Source: Penicillus capitatus (taxonomy: Eukaryota > Plantae > Chlorophyta). Taken from it: 64,000 nt of DNA. The stretch covers positions 174,101-238,100 of the forward strand of contig OZ287704.1 in NCBI GenBank assembly GCA_965649825.1, given 5' to 3'. Position 1 is the first letter of the stretch. Every line of letters starts with the position of its first letter. The position numbers were made by a program, and so were the translations under genes. This document shows positions 1-11,712 of the stretch, one piece after another. The notes under the pieces were generated by a model. The model did no database searches. It was not told where the DNA came from and worked only from the letters and a program-made list of their open reading frames with translations.

Positions 1-459
1 AGTCTTTGCAATGCAACTTGCATTCGGTGCAAAATATCTGTCAGCACTGGTCACTCGTTCCTTCATGGCGACTGTTTGACATGCATTTTCTTCATCTGGT
101 CGGATGTGCAGCAACAGGACATCGAGTGCTTTTGCACAGCAGTGGTAGGAGAACGCAGGCAGAAGATGAGGATGAAGAGCAGGCGTCTGTCTCCCTTCCT
201 GCGTTTCCAGATCTGCGAATATGGCTGAGGGTTGCATGAAGAAGACATGACAGCAACCGTTTTCGTTTGGTTTCGTCCAACGGTTAGAGCGGTATTGTGC
301 TGTGCGTCGTGACCGGAACTTACCGTCTCGTGTCGAGGAGATTGCGCCAGGCGAAGTGTGTATGAGCCTGGCATCGAGCCGCTTCAAAATCTGTCAAATA
401 TCTGCGTTTCTCTCTTTATCCTCCAAAAGCTTCCATCGCCCGTTTCACACTTTGGGCAT
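1..459 (-). CDS. Hypothetical protein, 5' part (runs off the left edge)
   Basis: Hand model: ATG CCC AAA (459-451), 60-nt GT-AG intron (450-391), exon 390-324 (ILKRLDARLIHTSPGAISSTRD), intron GTAAGT..CAG (323-225), then an exon open from 224 to the window edge (AIFADLETQEGRQTPALHPHLL...). No family recognised. Confidence 0.45.
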
Positions 460-499
460 CCGCAGCGTCTGTCCAGACGTGTGACGCAGTAGCCAGGCA

Positions 500-3400
500 A
501 TGGACTCCCTGCTTCGCACCGTGCAATTGGCTTTGAAGCGGCCTTCAGAGATGTCGATTGGTCAAGCAGCTATGCTATGTCTCATTCTCACACTTTCAGT
601 CATTCACGTCGCCACAGGTCATCGAATAAAATCGACCATTCCAGATCTATATTCGCTGTGCAGTTGTATGGACAACTGACTGACTGTAGGCGAACAACGT
701 AGACTGCATCAGCAGCAGGGGAGAAGGCAGTGTGTGATGTCCGAGCGGCAGCTGCAAGAAGCCCTAAGCCAGGCAGAACGAGGAAGCACCATCTGTCTTG
801 ATGCGATTGCCGTGACTTTGACACATCCCCTCGTCGTCAACGTACCCAATGTGACAATTGAGGGCAGCGCCGAGTCGAGGACCACCATCCGTTGCCCTGA
901 AAACGGCAGCAGCGGTGCCTTTGTCATCAGGCACGTCTTGAGATCACAGATCTGGTAAGGAATGATGGTGCAGGGAAGAGGGGACGCTCATAAGGTCACT
1001 TAACATCACGTTCTGCAGAAAGCACTCGGCTGTGACGATCGAAGCGGATACATCGGGGCCCAGTAGAAAGATGGAGGTCACATTCGAAGACGTGCATTTC
1101 CTCCGAAACGGCAGACGCAATGAACACATCTTTGGTGCAGCTGTTCGATCAAGCGCCTGTCTGAACAGTCCTTGTCCAAAACGTCTCCTGCGATTCATCT
1201 CCTGTCACTTCTCGGAGAACACATCCTTACAAGGAGGCGCCATCTTTGCGGAGAATGCAGATGTCGAGATCGCGAATTGTGTCTTCGTGCACAACCGAGC
1301 GATGCTGAATGGAGGTGCCCTCTGTGTCCGTCACTCTCAGAGTGCCACTCTCAACATCGTCGATTCGGATTTCGATGGAAATGAAGCACAGTGGGACGAT
1401 ACGCCGTCTTATCTCCAAAACCTCGATCTGCTGGACACCCTGAATCAAACTTTGAGCAGTGTTGGGGCGGGAGGCGCCATCTTTGCAGAGAACCCCGCTG
1501 CCGCTTCGATTGGCCGATCTGTCTTTGCGAACAATACCGGGTGCCAAGGGGGAGGGGCTATTGCCGTTGTCCATGGTGGCATCTTACCTGAACAGAATAG
1601 CACCTATTCCTTGCGCATTCACGATTCCCTCTTCGACGACAATGCTGCCTTCTGTGGCAAACCGACCGATGGTCTGGAAATCGTTTTGGGAAGAATGGAA
1701 GTACGGGGAGGGGGTTCTCTGTTTTACAATTCTCTTGACGAGACGTTGATTGCATGGGACATCCGAAACACATCATTCGAGCGAAACTGGGCCAATCTGG
1801 GCGGCGCTCTGTTTTTTCAGTCCTTCCAACCATCAGCTGCGCAGCATACCATAACCAACTGCTCCTTTTCAGAGAACATTGGATTACGAGCAGGCGGCTC
1901 GTTGATGGCATTGGGCAGTCGGGTTCTCATCAAGAGCAATCGGATTACACAGAGTCGGTCGACTTTTGGCGGCGGGATCTGTTTATGGAACAAGGCTTGT
2001 GTAAGCTCCACTGAAGATCCTGATCGCCCAGGTATCCCGAACATCGTCGAAGGATGTACGGCAATCTACGGCGGAGGTCTCTTTGCTGACAGCTCAGGTA
2101 CGCCCTCTCCGTTGAGTCACCGATGCATAGCCGAGATGAGATGATCATATAGGTCTCACTCTTGCTTCTTTCTTGATTCTTCGCAACAATGTAGCCTATC
2201 GCAGTGGGGGAGGTATCAGTGTTACCCATACCTTAATGCCGAACGTACTCCAGGGTCTCATCATCGAGAGCAATGCGGCTTTGCTTGGTGGCGGTGTCGA
2301 TGTACTCGATGCAAGCAATTTTACAATCACAGCTTTCCAAGACCAGCAGATGATTTTCAAGAATAACACAGCTAACATCGGAGGAGGGATGAATTTCCAA
2401 TCGGCAGCACCAGCATTCGTCGTCGTTACGGTAAGGAAACCTTCCCTGAGATGTCTCCATCTTCTCTCTGGATGACAGATGGAGGACACGGAGTTTATAT
2501 CTAACCAAGTGTTGCCATTGGACACACCAGAGATGGAAAGATTTGAAGCAGAATCCGCAACATATGAGCCACTGCCCTCCGTTCCTGTACACTCGAACGT
2601 GACAGTCAAGCCCGACAATAAAAGGTTCATCAGTTACTTGACGAGCATTCCCTCTGGACATGGCGGCGGCATTTGCATGGAGTTTTTGAGCACGACGGCT
2701 TTGGTCATTGTCGAAGTTAGGTACAAGAATGTCCTCGTACGGAATAACACCGCTGTTGTGGGAGGTAAATGGATGGCGTGTTGGCAGGGAATGAATGACT
2801 TGCGTGTTTTAGGTGGAATGTCTATCCACATGACAAACCAGTTTTGGAATCAGGATAACAGAACAACCTGTTTTCCATCTCTCATCGGTTTTGTCACCTG
2901 TCAGAAATTCGATATACACAACGTCACCGTGATTCAGAATCGAGCATACCTCGCTGGGGGTATATTCTCATCTCTTCCAGACGGCGTTGCCGTGTCGTGC
3001 CGTCCTGGAGGAAAGAAGTGGACTCCGCGGCGACGCGGTGGACTGGATACAATTGAAGACCAGCTGCGACAGCATTGCTCGAATTTCAGTGATAACAGTT
3101 TGGTGGATGGATCCGACAATCAAGCTCAAGCCGCCACCCGAGTCGTCTCTTTGTGGGTCGAAGGAGGACACAGTCGTTTGGAAGAGCTGGTGGCTGGAGC
3201 GCCCCTTACTGTTCCTTGCTCCAACGCGGACGGTGCAGCAGATGGATGTCCGCTACGAATCGCCGTCAAAGATGCTTTTAACCAGACGATTCGAACGGGG
3301 ATCGACGATGCCAGTCTGGATCTAACGCTCATTTCGAAGGCCATCGTTGGGGATCTGAGATACACAGCAGTGGACGGCATGGCCGTGATCAACAACACAC

Positions 3401-5724
3401 GTGCCTGGGGTATCGATCGGAACAGCACGGTGAAGATTGTCAGTGAGAGGGACCGAAGCATCCAAGTCGTCTTGCGGATCTCCATCAGGAAGTGCTATCC
3501 AGGAGAGATCGATCAGAGGGACGTCTGCAATAGCTGTCCCGTGGATCAGTACAGTTTTGTTCCTGCACTTAGCAGATGTCAGAGCTGTGAGGGCAATGCC
3601 GAGTGCCGTGGTGGCGCAGCTCTGGTCCCAAAGGATGGATACTGGCACTCCACTCCATTCTCTCCTGTGTTCCGCGAATGCATCCTTCTGGTTGCCTGTA
3701 GCTACGCTGGGAGAGAAGAAAAGCTGACGCTGTTTTACCAAGATGCCCTTGAACTGCAGGAGCAACTGTCGAAGTTGGACAGCTATGTCTTGAACGAAGA
3801 CCAGCGTCCAGATTTCTCTGAGGTCTATCCCCAGTGTGCTCTGGGGTACGAGGGTCTGCTCTGCGGTTCTTGCCAGTCTGGCTATGGCCACTCCTATACA
3901 GGAGAATGCGAATCCTGTCGAAACGAAGAGGCGACCAACAGCTTCTTCCTCTTCTTGACCGGTCTATGGCTATTCGTCATCGTTGGTATCAACTGCGGAA
4001 TCACAATGGTATCCACCGAGACCAGAGTCGCCTTTGCGAAACTTGAGATGCAAGTTGCTTCCACTTATCACAATCGCCAATTGTCGAGACCGTACCACAT
4101 CAACACGGAAGAGCTCCCCAGAACAGAACAGACGAGTCATTCCGGTTCGGCTGGATGCCTTCCCTCGTCCATTCTTTAATGTGGAGGTCTAGATGACGCA
4201 TCGCACACGGACACCAACGATGATGAAAGCTATCTCCTTAGCGAACGATATATCTCGACCATTCAATGGACCGAAACCCTCAAAGCAAGAGTCTCCGTCG
4301 CTTTTTCGCATGGAATTGAGTCCCGCTTTCTCTGCCACTAGATCTTCGTCAACTATCTGCAGGTCACCTCTATCGCCATCCATCTGCAGCTGGAATGGAC
4401 AACTCTGCTGAGAGGGTTATTTAGAGCACAAGGTAAAAGTGGCTGGCCATACACCAGGGATGCGCTGAAGATTTTTTGTTTGATAGGGGCGTTTGTTGGA
4501 CTGACGGCGGCTCTGGTGTCCGTTCCTTATGAATGTAACTTCAGCCACGGCGGAACGCCTCCCTCCTCCATTGCTGCTCTGTGGATGCGCCTTGCCACCC
4601 CTTTGATTGTTCAGGGAGCACTGATCCTCACTTATGCCATCTCCTGGATGATTCGGACGGTCCATCAAAGGACGACCGGGATCCGGTGTGGCGGCCGGAC
4701 CAGATGGAAGCGACTCGGTACCTGTACCATCATCATTTTCATCGTGTCCATGTACTTCTCCTACATCCATGTGGTGAGAGAGCTGCTCAGAGCGATCAAC
4801 TGTGTGGAGATCGACTCTCCCAGAGCGTACGTTCCATCCGATCACCCATACGTACAATACGCGACAGAATCTGTGCAGCATGTCTGGGCAGAGGACACGC
4901 GAATCGTCTGTCTGCAGGGAAGCCATCTTCCAGTTGCCATCGTTGGATTTGTCGGGCTCTTCTTCGCCTTTTGCTGGATCATTTGGATCATCGCCTGGCT
5001 TCCTCTCAATCGGAAGAAGCACAACGACACAGCGTTCATCTCCCGATACTGGTTCCTCTATCAAGCCTACCGAAAAGAGTGGTACCGAGTGTCGTGGGAG
5101 TCAACAATTCTCCTTCGGAAGGCATTGATCTCTGCCGTCATTGTATTTTCGAATCACCTCGGGCCAACATTGCAAGCCACACTGTGTGCGAGCATCCTTC
5201 TCCTTGCGCAATCCTTTCAGTCTTTTCTCTCCCCTTTCAAAGTAACGGAGTATCATATCGCTGTCCCCGAGTATTCTGGGTCACTTTTCAAAGCACTCCA
5301 TTTACCCAAGTGTGCATCTCAATGGCGCCAATTGAACAATGCTATCCATCTGAATACCCTCGAGACGGCTTCGTTGACATGTTCTTCGATCGTTTTCTTT
5401 TCGGCCATTGTATTGCACGATCCAAGTTCATCTGGTGCTGGAAAAGTAGTGACAGAACTTTTTGCCTTTATGTCGAATCTGCTCTTCGTGCTTTACATTA
5501 TCTATCGCCTTTACGCTGGTCTGCACATCATACTTGACAACAAACTGGAATTCGGCAGGCCCATTTTTATGGCACAGCATCCACCGGGTATGGGGATTCG
5601 CAGTCTCGCCAGAAAAGCATGGGAATTCATTTGTCTGTGGGTGGATAATAATCTACCGTTAGATCGCGATCCGGGAAATTCTGTAGATGATCGCAGCATC
5701 CCCGATCCTCCCGTCGAGGCTTGA
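500..5724 (+). CDS. Large surface/membrane protein: signal peptide, PMP-like right-handed beta-helix repeats, Cys-rich (ephrin-receptor/GCC2-like) region, multi-pass TM C-terminus
   Basis: Signal peptide MSIGQAAMLCLILTLSVIHVATG (ATG at 500 or 551). Repeated FxxNxAxxGGA(I/L) motifs in ORFs 1032-2144 and 2173-2475. CxxCPxxxYS...CxxCxxxAxC...GYW and CxxGYxGxLCGxC in 2479-4179. About 7 hydrophobic segments in 4342-5724. Around 8 short introns join the frames. Confidence 0.85.
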
Positions 5725-7025
5725 GCAAAGCTGGCTCGATCTGCCTCTGTGCACGTCTCAGTATGCTAATCAGTTTTTAAGGCATCTGCATTCACAAAAA
5801 ATCGAAGCCCGTTTGATCCTTCCTGTCGTTTCTGTCTTTTTTTCGTGATGTTGCGAGTTCGTCCTCTCCCTCGCTCGGACTCGCAAACCTTGAACGATAC
5901 ATCCAACGTGCAAGACCTACGGTTTTGATCAAGCACAAATCATGTCGGCTGTTTGACGTTTTCGTATCCTCCATGATGGATATCGCTAAAAATGACCGTA
6001 TGATATGATCCCATCTCGCAAGGGTGCCCCTTCGACGTATTCTGTGACTCGATCACACCCTGCATGACCTGAACAGGGATGGGAGACATCTATGAACCCT
6101 GATGCTTTCTGCAGTGTTAGCGAAATCCATGTTGCATGCGCCACTTTCTAGTCTTCGGTGAGGATACCTCATCTGACTTGCTTGTCAGCCTTTTTGGGAT
6201 GTTATATGGTTGAGACAGATTTCATTGATGTACGCCACTGTTTTATCTTGATGCCGACAGTCATATCGTTTTTCTTTTCCAAGAGATGTCCTGTAGTTTT
6301 TAGTTGATGTCTGAGTAAGGCTCGCTCGGTGTGGCACGACACAAAACAGATGTTGTGCACCCAAGACTCCATTGACTGATAAAATCGTTCACTTAGATCG
6401 AATCTGTTTGCGATCTTCGTTCGCGTTCGAATGTGTTCAGAGTCCCGAGAGACTTCGCAGCAAACGCACGTCCCCTTTAATATCACCCGATGTCGTGATA
6501 CAAAATAGCGCCGCCTGAGATAGATGGCTATCAAAGACTGTATACACTGAGGAAGGTAGAGTCGTCATCACCGGAGGCCGCATGTCACGCAGGCGTCCTA
6601 AAAGACTTGATGGTTGATGGGACAGCGTGTGAACACAGCGTCGCGTACAAGACGTGCATCGAATTCGCTCATCGCGTTAGATATCGGGGTCGACAACGCA
6701 AACTCTCTTCAATGCGGCGCGCTGATCGTATCGTACTGTTCTGCGCTCGACATATACATCTACCGATTGCACGGATGAGGATGCCCGCCGAGATCCCTTT
6801 TACTTGTCAAATCGTCCAAGTCATGATAGGTTTGTTCACACGAACAGATCTGCAAGCTCGTCGATGCTTGCACCTGACCATTGCTTAAAGTATTGCTACA
6901 GATATGTCATTCGCATTTCTTTTTCCAATCAATAAAACTCGATGCGCGATGAGAAGGATTTTTAGGCAATTTCGGAGGGACAAGACTGTCGCCTCTCTAG
7001 ACCCACTCTCAGATACCGCATGGGT

Positions 7026-8782
7026 CTATCGGAGATTTTCACACGGATGATTTGGTAGCATTGGAATAGACAGTCCATCCTCTTCTTCGGGAACAATCGT
7101 CACGACAGGTGCTCTGTAGTCCTTTGCGCGTTTTCCGATCTCTGATCCGATACAGAAAATCGCAGCAGCAATCAGAAGAAAAAATGCTGCAAACCCGATT
7201 CCTAATCGATACGCGGTGCTGTCACTTCTGTCGAAATTATCCGACAGAAGATCGATGAGCAAACCAAAGAGGGGAGCTGATGGCATGTCTCCCAATAGAT
7301 GAATGGTGATGGCGCTCAGACTGGTCGCCAATGGCCTCAAATGCAGTGGGACAGACCACATCGATTCAGCAGAGAGGGGTCCCTACACACAGCAACGTTA
7401 CATACATCCACCCCCACGGGCGCAATGGTATTACCATCGAGAGGAAGAGACAGGTGAAACACACCATGAAGGGAAGAAGAAAGACTTCGAATTTTTTAAT
7501 GAAGAGGAAAGAAGGGGCCATGACAAAGGCACAGATCAGATCAGAAAGACATGAAAAGCTGAGGGTTGTCGAGATCGACGATCCCAAGCGATCGACCACT
7601 GCGCCTCCAGAAAGGATGCCAATCGTTCCCGTCAGCAACACCAATCCGCCAATCCACAAATCTGTACCATCCAAGTGAAACATGGCTTCGGCTATTTTCG
7701 CCCCCCAGTAGGACAGCACGCCCAGAACGCCGACGTGAAAGCAGTTGCCGAGAACAGGCACGGTATAGGCAGGATGCGAAAAGATCAAGCAGGTGTCATT
7801 CCATAAGGTTTTCAATGCAGAGACAGCGCCACCTGGACAGCAGGAAATGACATTTGAGTGAGAACAAGTGTGATATCCACCTTCTGGCGAAGATCTCTGT
7901 CCTGTATTGATGGTAAGTGGCGGAACACGAAAGCAGTAGATGATGAAAGGCGCCATAATAAATGTTTCGACGAAAAAAGTGCTTCTCCAGGTACCAAAGA
8001 TCGCCACACAGACAGTTCCGTAGACGTAGCCCAGTGCATAGCCACAAGGGATGGCAAGATGGAGAATAGCGATCCACAGCGTGACCTTATCGCGAGGCGC
8101 ATTATCATCTGTCACAGATTGCGCTTAGGTATACGATCTTCTGTGAATGGGGAGCTGTACCGATGAACGCGGGACCGATGGCCAGGACAGCAGCCTCGCC
8201 AAAGCCGACAAAGATTCGGCACAATGCCATGGAGTAGAAATCGGCTGCGAAGCCACAGAGTCCCACAGCAATGGCCCAAACAAGCGTCCCCATTCCCACC
8301 AGCCGAAACGGATTGAAATAATAAATGGCCTGAGAAAACAGAGGAGAGCCAACGAGAATGCCAACCATGAAGAGGGAGGCCAGAAGGCCGTCTTCAAAAT
8401 TGGACAGGCCGAATTCTCCCTGCATCCACCCGAGCCATGTGGACAGATGAAGGTGCATGAGCAGGGACGACTTGGAATCCAGAGCCGTCTGGGTCTTCCT
8501 CCGTTCTCCGCTTTCCATTGACGCTGTTCGATGCGAAGGCGCCTGGGACATGCCGTTCAGTATGACCACGGCTTGCGAACGAGGCATACCTCTGTCCATG
8601 TAGATGAAACAGAACATCAGAGTCAGGACGACGAGCAACGTGCCCGGACGGACGGCGGCACGGCTCTGTTCGTCGTGCTGTGTCTCTTGGCGCATTTCTG
8701 TCGACAGGCACTCCGGAAATGATTGGCGTCGCCACTCAAATGTCGTTGATAGCAGTACCTGTCCTGTCGTCGACGGCAGCAT
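7026..8782 (-). CDS. Spinster-type MFS transporter
   Basis: Motifs YMDRG, FMVGILVGSPLF, CRIFVGFGEAAVLAIGPAFI, AIPCGYALGYVYG, WRSTF; about 12 TM segments across ORFs 8394-8735, 8125-8397/8105-8782, 7366-8115 and 7026-7361. Confidence 0.88.
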
Positions 8783-8880
8783 GACGCTCGAGGCGTCGTC
8801 CAGGATATATGGCCCGATTCACGTGACTAGACTCACACGTTAGCTCATCTCACACTCGATTTCTATATGATTCGTAAAGG

Positions 8881-9986
8881 ATGACGACAGACAGCGTGTG
8901 GAAGGCGAAGCTACGGGGAAGGTACTCAAAAATTCGTGCTGCGAGTCGAAAACAAGAGCCAGAACGCGTGACAACGGGATCTGAGGCTGATGCACGAAAA
9001 GATCTCTTTAGCACGATCGTCCCCATCTACGATCAAGTCGACGATGCACCTTTCTACGTTGGAACTAGTGGGTCGGAGATTAGGTCAATGATGTCATGAG
9101 TCTGGGTCAGCATTGGGAATGGAAGAGACGCTGTGTGCTGTATTCGGGCGCTCGGTTGGGTTCACAGGTCCTGGACGTTTGCTGTGGAAGCGGAGACTTG
9201 ACATACTTATTGGCAAAGAGAGTGGGACGTCATGGAAGCGTGCATATGAATGAGAGAGATCTCACTCTTTTTAAACGATCTATGTGCAGGTCGTGGGACT
9301 CGATTTCTCTCAGAGAATGTTGGACCTGGCCAAGACAAAGGCGCAGAAGGCATCCCAGGAGATGGCCGACATCGAGTCGCGTTTCTGACGTGTTGTGACG
9401 TTTTTCATGATGTCGACGTGTAGATGGCTGGAGGGCAATGCCTTGGATCTACCGTTTGCTGAGGCGTCGTTCGATGCCGTAACAGTTGGCTACGGTCTGC
9501 GAAATGTAACAGATATCTCCCAAAGCCTTCGCGAAATTCACCGAGTCCTCCGACCAGGTCCTCCACAAACGTAACCGTTACCATTCAGGGAGTGTAAGAG
9601 AGGTGTAGGTGCAAAGATGTCTATTCTGGACTTCAACAATGCCACTTCCAATCCACTGGTGGATACTTTTCAAGTTTACCTCTCTTCAATTTATGCACAT
9701 CATCTAGAGATTGCATAGGATGTCATGCTCAATGGTGTCGTTGTGCCTGTGACGCGTCTCGTGGGAATGGAAGATGAGTACAAGTACTTGAGGTCCTCTA
9801 TCCAACGCTTCCCTGAAGGTCATCGTCGTACCTCATGGATATCAGACCTCTTCTCATACCATGGGCATGTTCTCAGGCCCCGAGCTCGAAGCTTTGGCAA
9901 TGGATGCCGGTTTCGGCCAAGCTCGACATTTTGAGATTGCTGGTGGATTAATGGGGATACTCGTCGGACAGAAACCGCGCGTGTAA
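8881..9986 (+). CDS. MENG: 2-phytyl-1,4-naphthoquinone (demethylphylloquinone) methyltransferase, UbiE/MenG family
   Basis: [24 protein letters not shown]-binding [62 protein letters not shown]; stop TAA at 9984-9986. Confidence 0.9.
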
Positions 9987-10084
9987 GCGTGCGGGTTATT
10001 TTGTGCGTGTGAGTGTGTTCGATTAAAAGATCAATCAAACATCTTGTCCAGCCTGGTCATCACAAAAGCGTCTCCTATCAGATG

Positions 10085-10981
10085 TCATGTCACACCCATG
10101 CGCTGCCACTTGGCGGCGGAGTGCCTTGTAAAATGCTCCTCGGCAAATCTCTCCCGAGACGCCAAAAGCTCTAGACGAAATGGTCTGCTAATTATGTTCC
10201 ACTGTGTCATGGGAACATGCACAGCTGGCACCACCATCGACTGCATGATAGCTAGTATTAGTAATACAGTCATGAGCATTGCAAGCTCGTCAAATGATGG
10301 TGCCAGATGGCTTCCGTGCGACAGGAACTGTGCTAAGACCGACTTGAGCTTCTGATTCTCTTTTTGCAGAGATTCGATGTGCTGTTCCAGACTGTCCAAT
10401 CGCGCTTTCTTGCGCAACCTCGATACAGCTGCCGTCCTGCGATTCTTGGCCATGCGCTTTTGCTTCTTGCGCTCTTCCGGATCCGAAATCGCGTCCAAAT
10501 CCACATCTGGCATCTTTCGCTTGCCTTTTTTGGAAACTTCGTCGACGTGAGATGTGACATCAGATTTGGGAGGATCTTCAGAACGAAGCAGCTTCATGAC
10601 AGCTTCGTAAGTCATCGGCAAGTTTATGGGTTGGGTCGAGGACGTTGCTTCGTGACCTGTTGTCACCACTTCGGCGGGAGGAAGCGGCGCTAGGCGTTCT
10701 GCGAGAGTTTCCGTCTTGTCGCCGTATTGAAAGACGAAGTCGGCGGCGGGCAACAGAACAGGCTTCACGTCTTCTCGGCTCTCCGTGGAGCCGGTCGAGG
10801 AGATTGTCCCGTTGTGGGGGAAGAAGTCCCACGAAGTTGCGTCCCACGCAGAGGGCGTTGTTTGTTCGAGTACCTCTCCGCCTAGGACTTCGAGCTTCGG
10901 CTCTTCGGTGAACAGCTCGCTCGGAAAATTTAAAAACTCCTGCCAAACATCGTTGTTTTCCGTCGTGTAGATAGTATCCAT
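10085..10981 (-). CDS. bZIP transcription factor with a C-terminal hydrophobic (TM-like) segment
   Basis: Single 298-aa ORF. Basic region KKQKRMAKNRRTAAVSRLRKK, zipper LDSLEQHIESLQKENQKLKSVL, then hydrophobic LAMLMTVLLILAIMQSMVVPAV; acidic N-terminus. Confidence 0.85.
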   Translation of the reverse strand: MDTIYTTENNDVWQEFLNFPSELFTEEPKLEVLGGEVLEQTTPSAWDATSWDFFPHNGTISSTGSTESREDVKPVLLPAADFVFQYGDKTETLAERLAPLPPAEVVTTGHEATSSTQPINLPMTYEAVMKLLRSEDPPKSDVTSHVDEVSKKGKRKMPDVDLDAISDPEERKKQKRMAKNRRTAAVSRLRKKARLDSLEQHIESLQKENQKLKSVLAQFLSHGSHLAPSFDELAMLMTVLLILAIMQSMVVPAVHVPMTQWNIISRPFRLELLASRERFAEEHFTRHSAAKWQRMGVT

Positions 10982-11712
10982 TGCGTGAATGCGCGTTGTT
11001 CGGATGGCGAGTCTGAAAAAGGAAAACGGATGCAGACCGAATGGTTCAGAGATTGTCTTTGCTGCTTAAAACGATGTGACGTATCCTGCACTGAAGGGAT
11101 GGCGAAGTGCGCGGAGCATTGCGTGATGGATACGAGAGCGGTAAGGACCGTTAGACTGAATACGGAAGATCTGGTGAAAAGAGAATAGGGACCGAACCCG
11201 CGACGACCACGTGTGCGTGCTGCGTCAGAGTGCCTCCCTCGCTTTTGTGACGCACTTCTGTACTCGATGACGGAAACCGAAAAAACATTGCTCTTCACAC
11301 GACACACGATGCATCTGGCCATCTTCTCGCGCAGTTCTGTTTTTCTTATGGATATCTTCTCGACAAAGAGATGTCACAAATGTCGACGCCGAAAGAGGTT
11401 CAGAAAGTCGGAGTTTAGGAGTATAAGCGAACCAGTCAGTCGTTATCGAATGCTTGGAGAGTGGGTCACACCAAAAGAATGAGAAAGTGGCACTGTTCTG
11501 TTGAATGCTGTCGAGCTACTTAATTCCTGTCTCCCTTCCAATGCCCTTTTGCTTGAAGAGTCCCATCTGCTATTCAGCTGTACTGAGAAAAGCGAGCAAA
11601 ACGTCTCACGATTGTCACAGGGAGAAAGATAGGAACGATTCGGAATGTCGACACAGTATTCCTGCTCGCAGAGATGGGTCCCGAACAAACCGTTTGTCAA
11701 ACCGACTCAACG

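Noticed and set aside
391-450. In-frame TGAs in MPKV*NGRW...DI*QILKRL suggesting readthrough
   Set aside because: Both fall inside a clean 60-nt GT-AG intron; this is also a caution for the other stop-bridged frames.
953-1019. GT donor at 955 creating a split TGA (possible selenocysteine)
   Set aside because: The upstream GC donor at 931 gives a normal open frame, and I saw no SECIS evidence.
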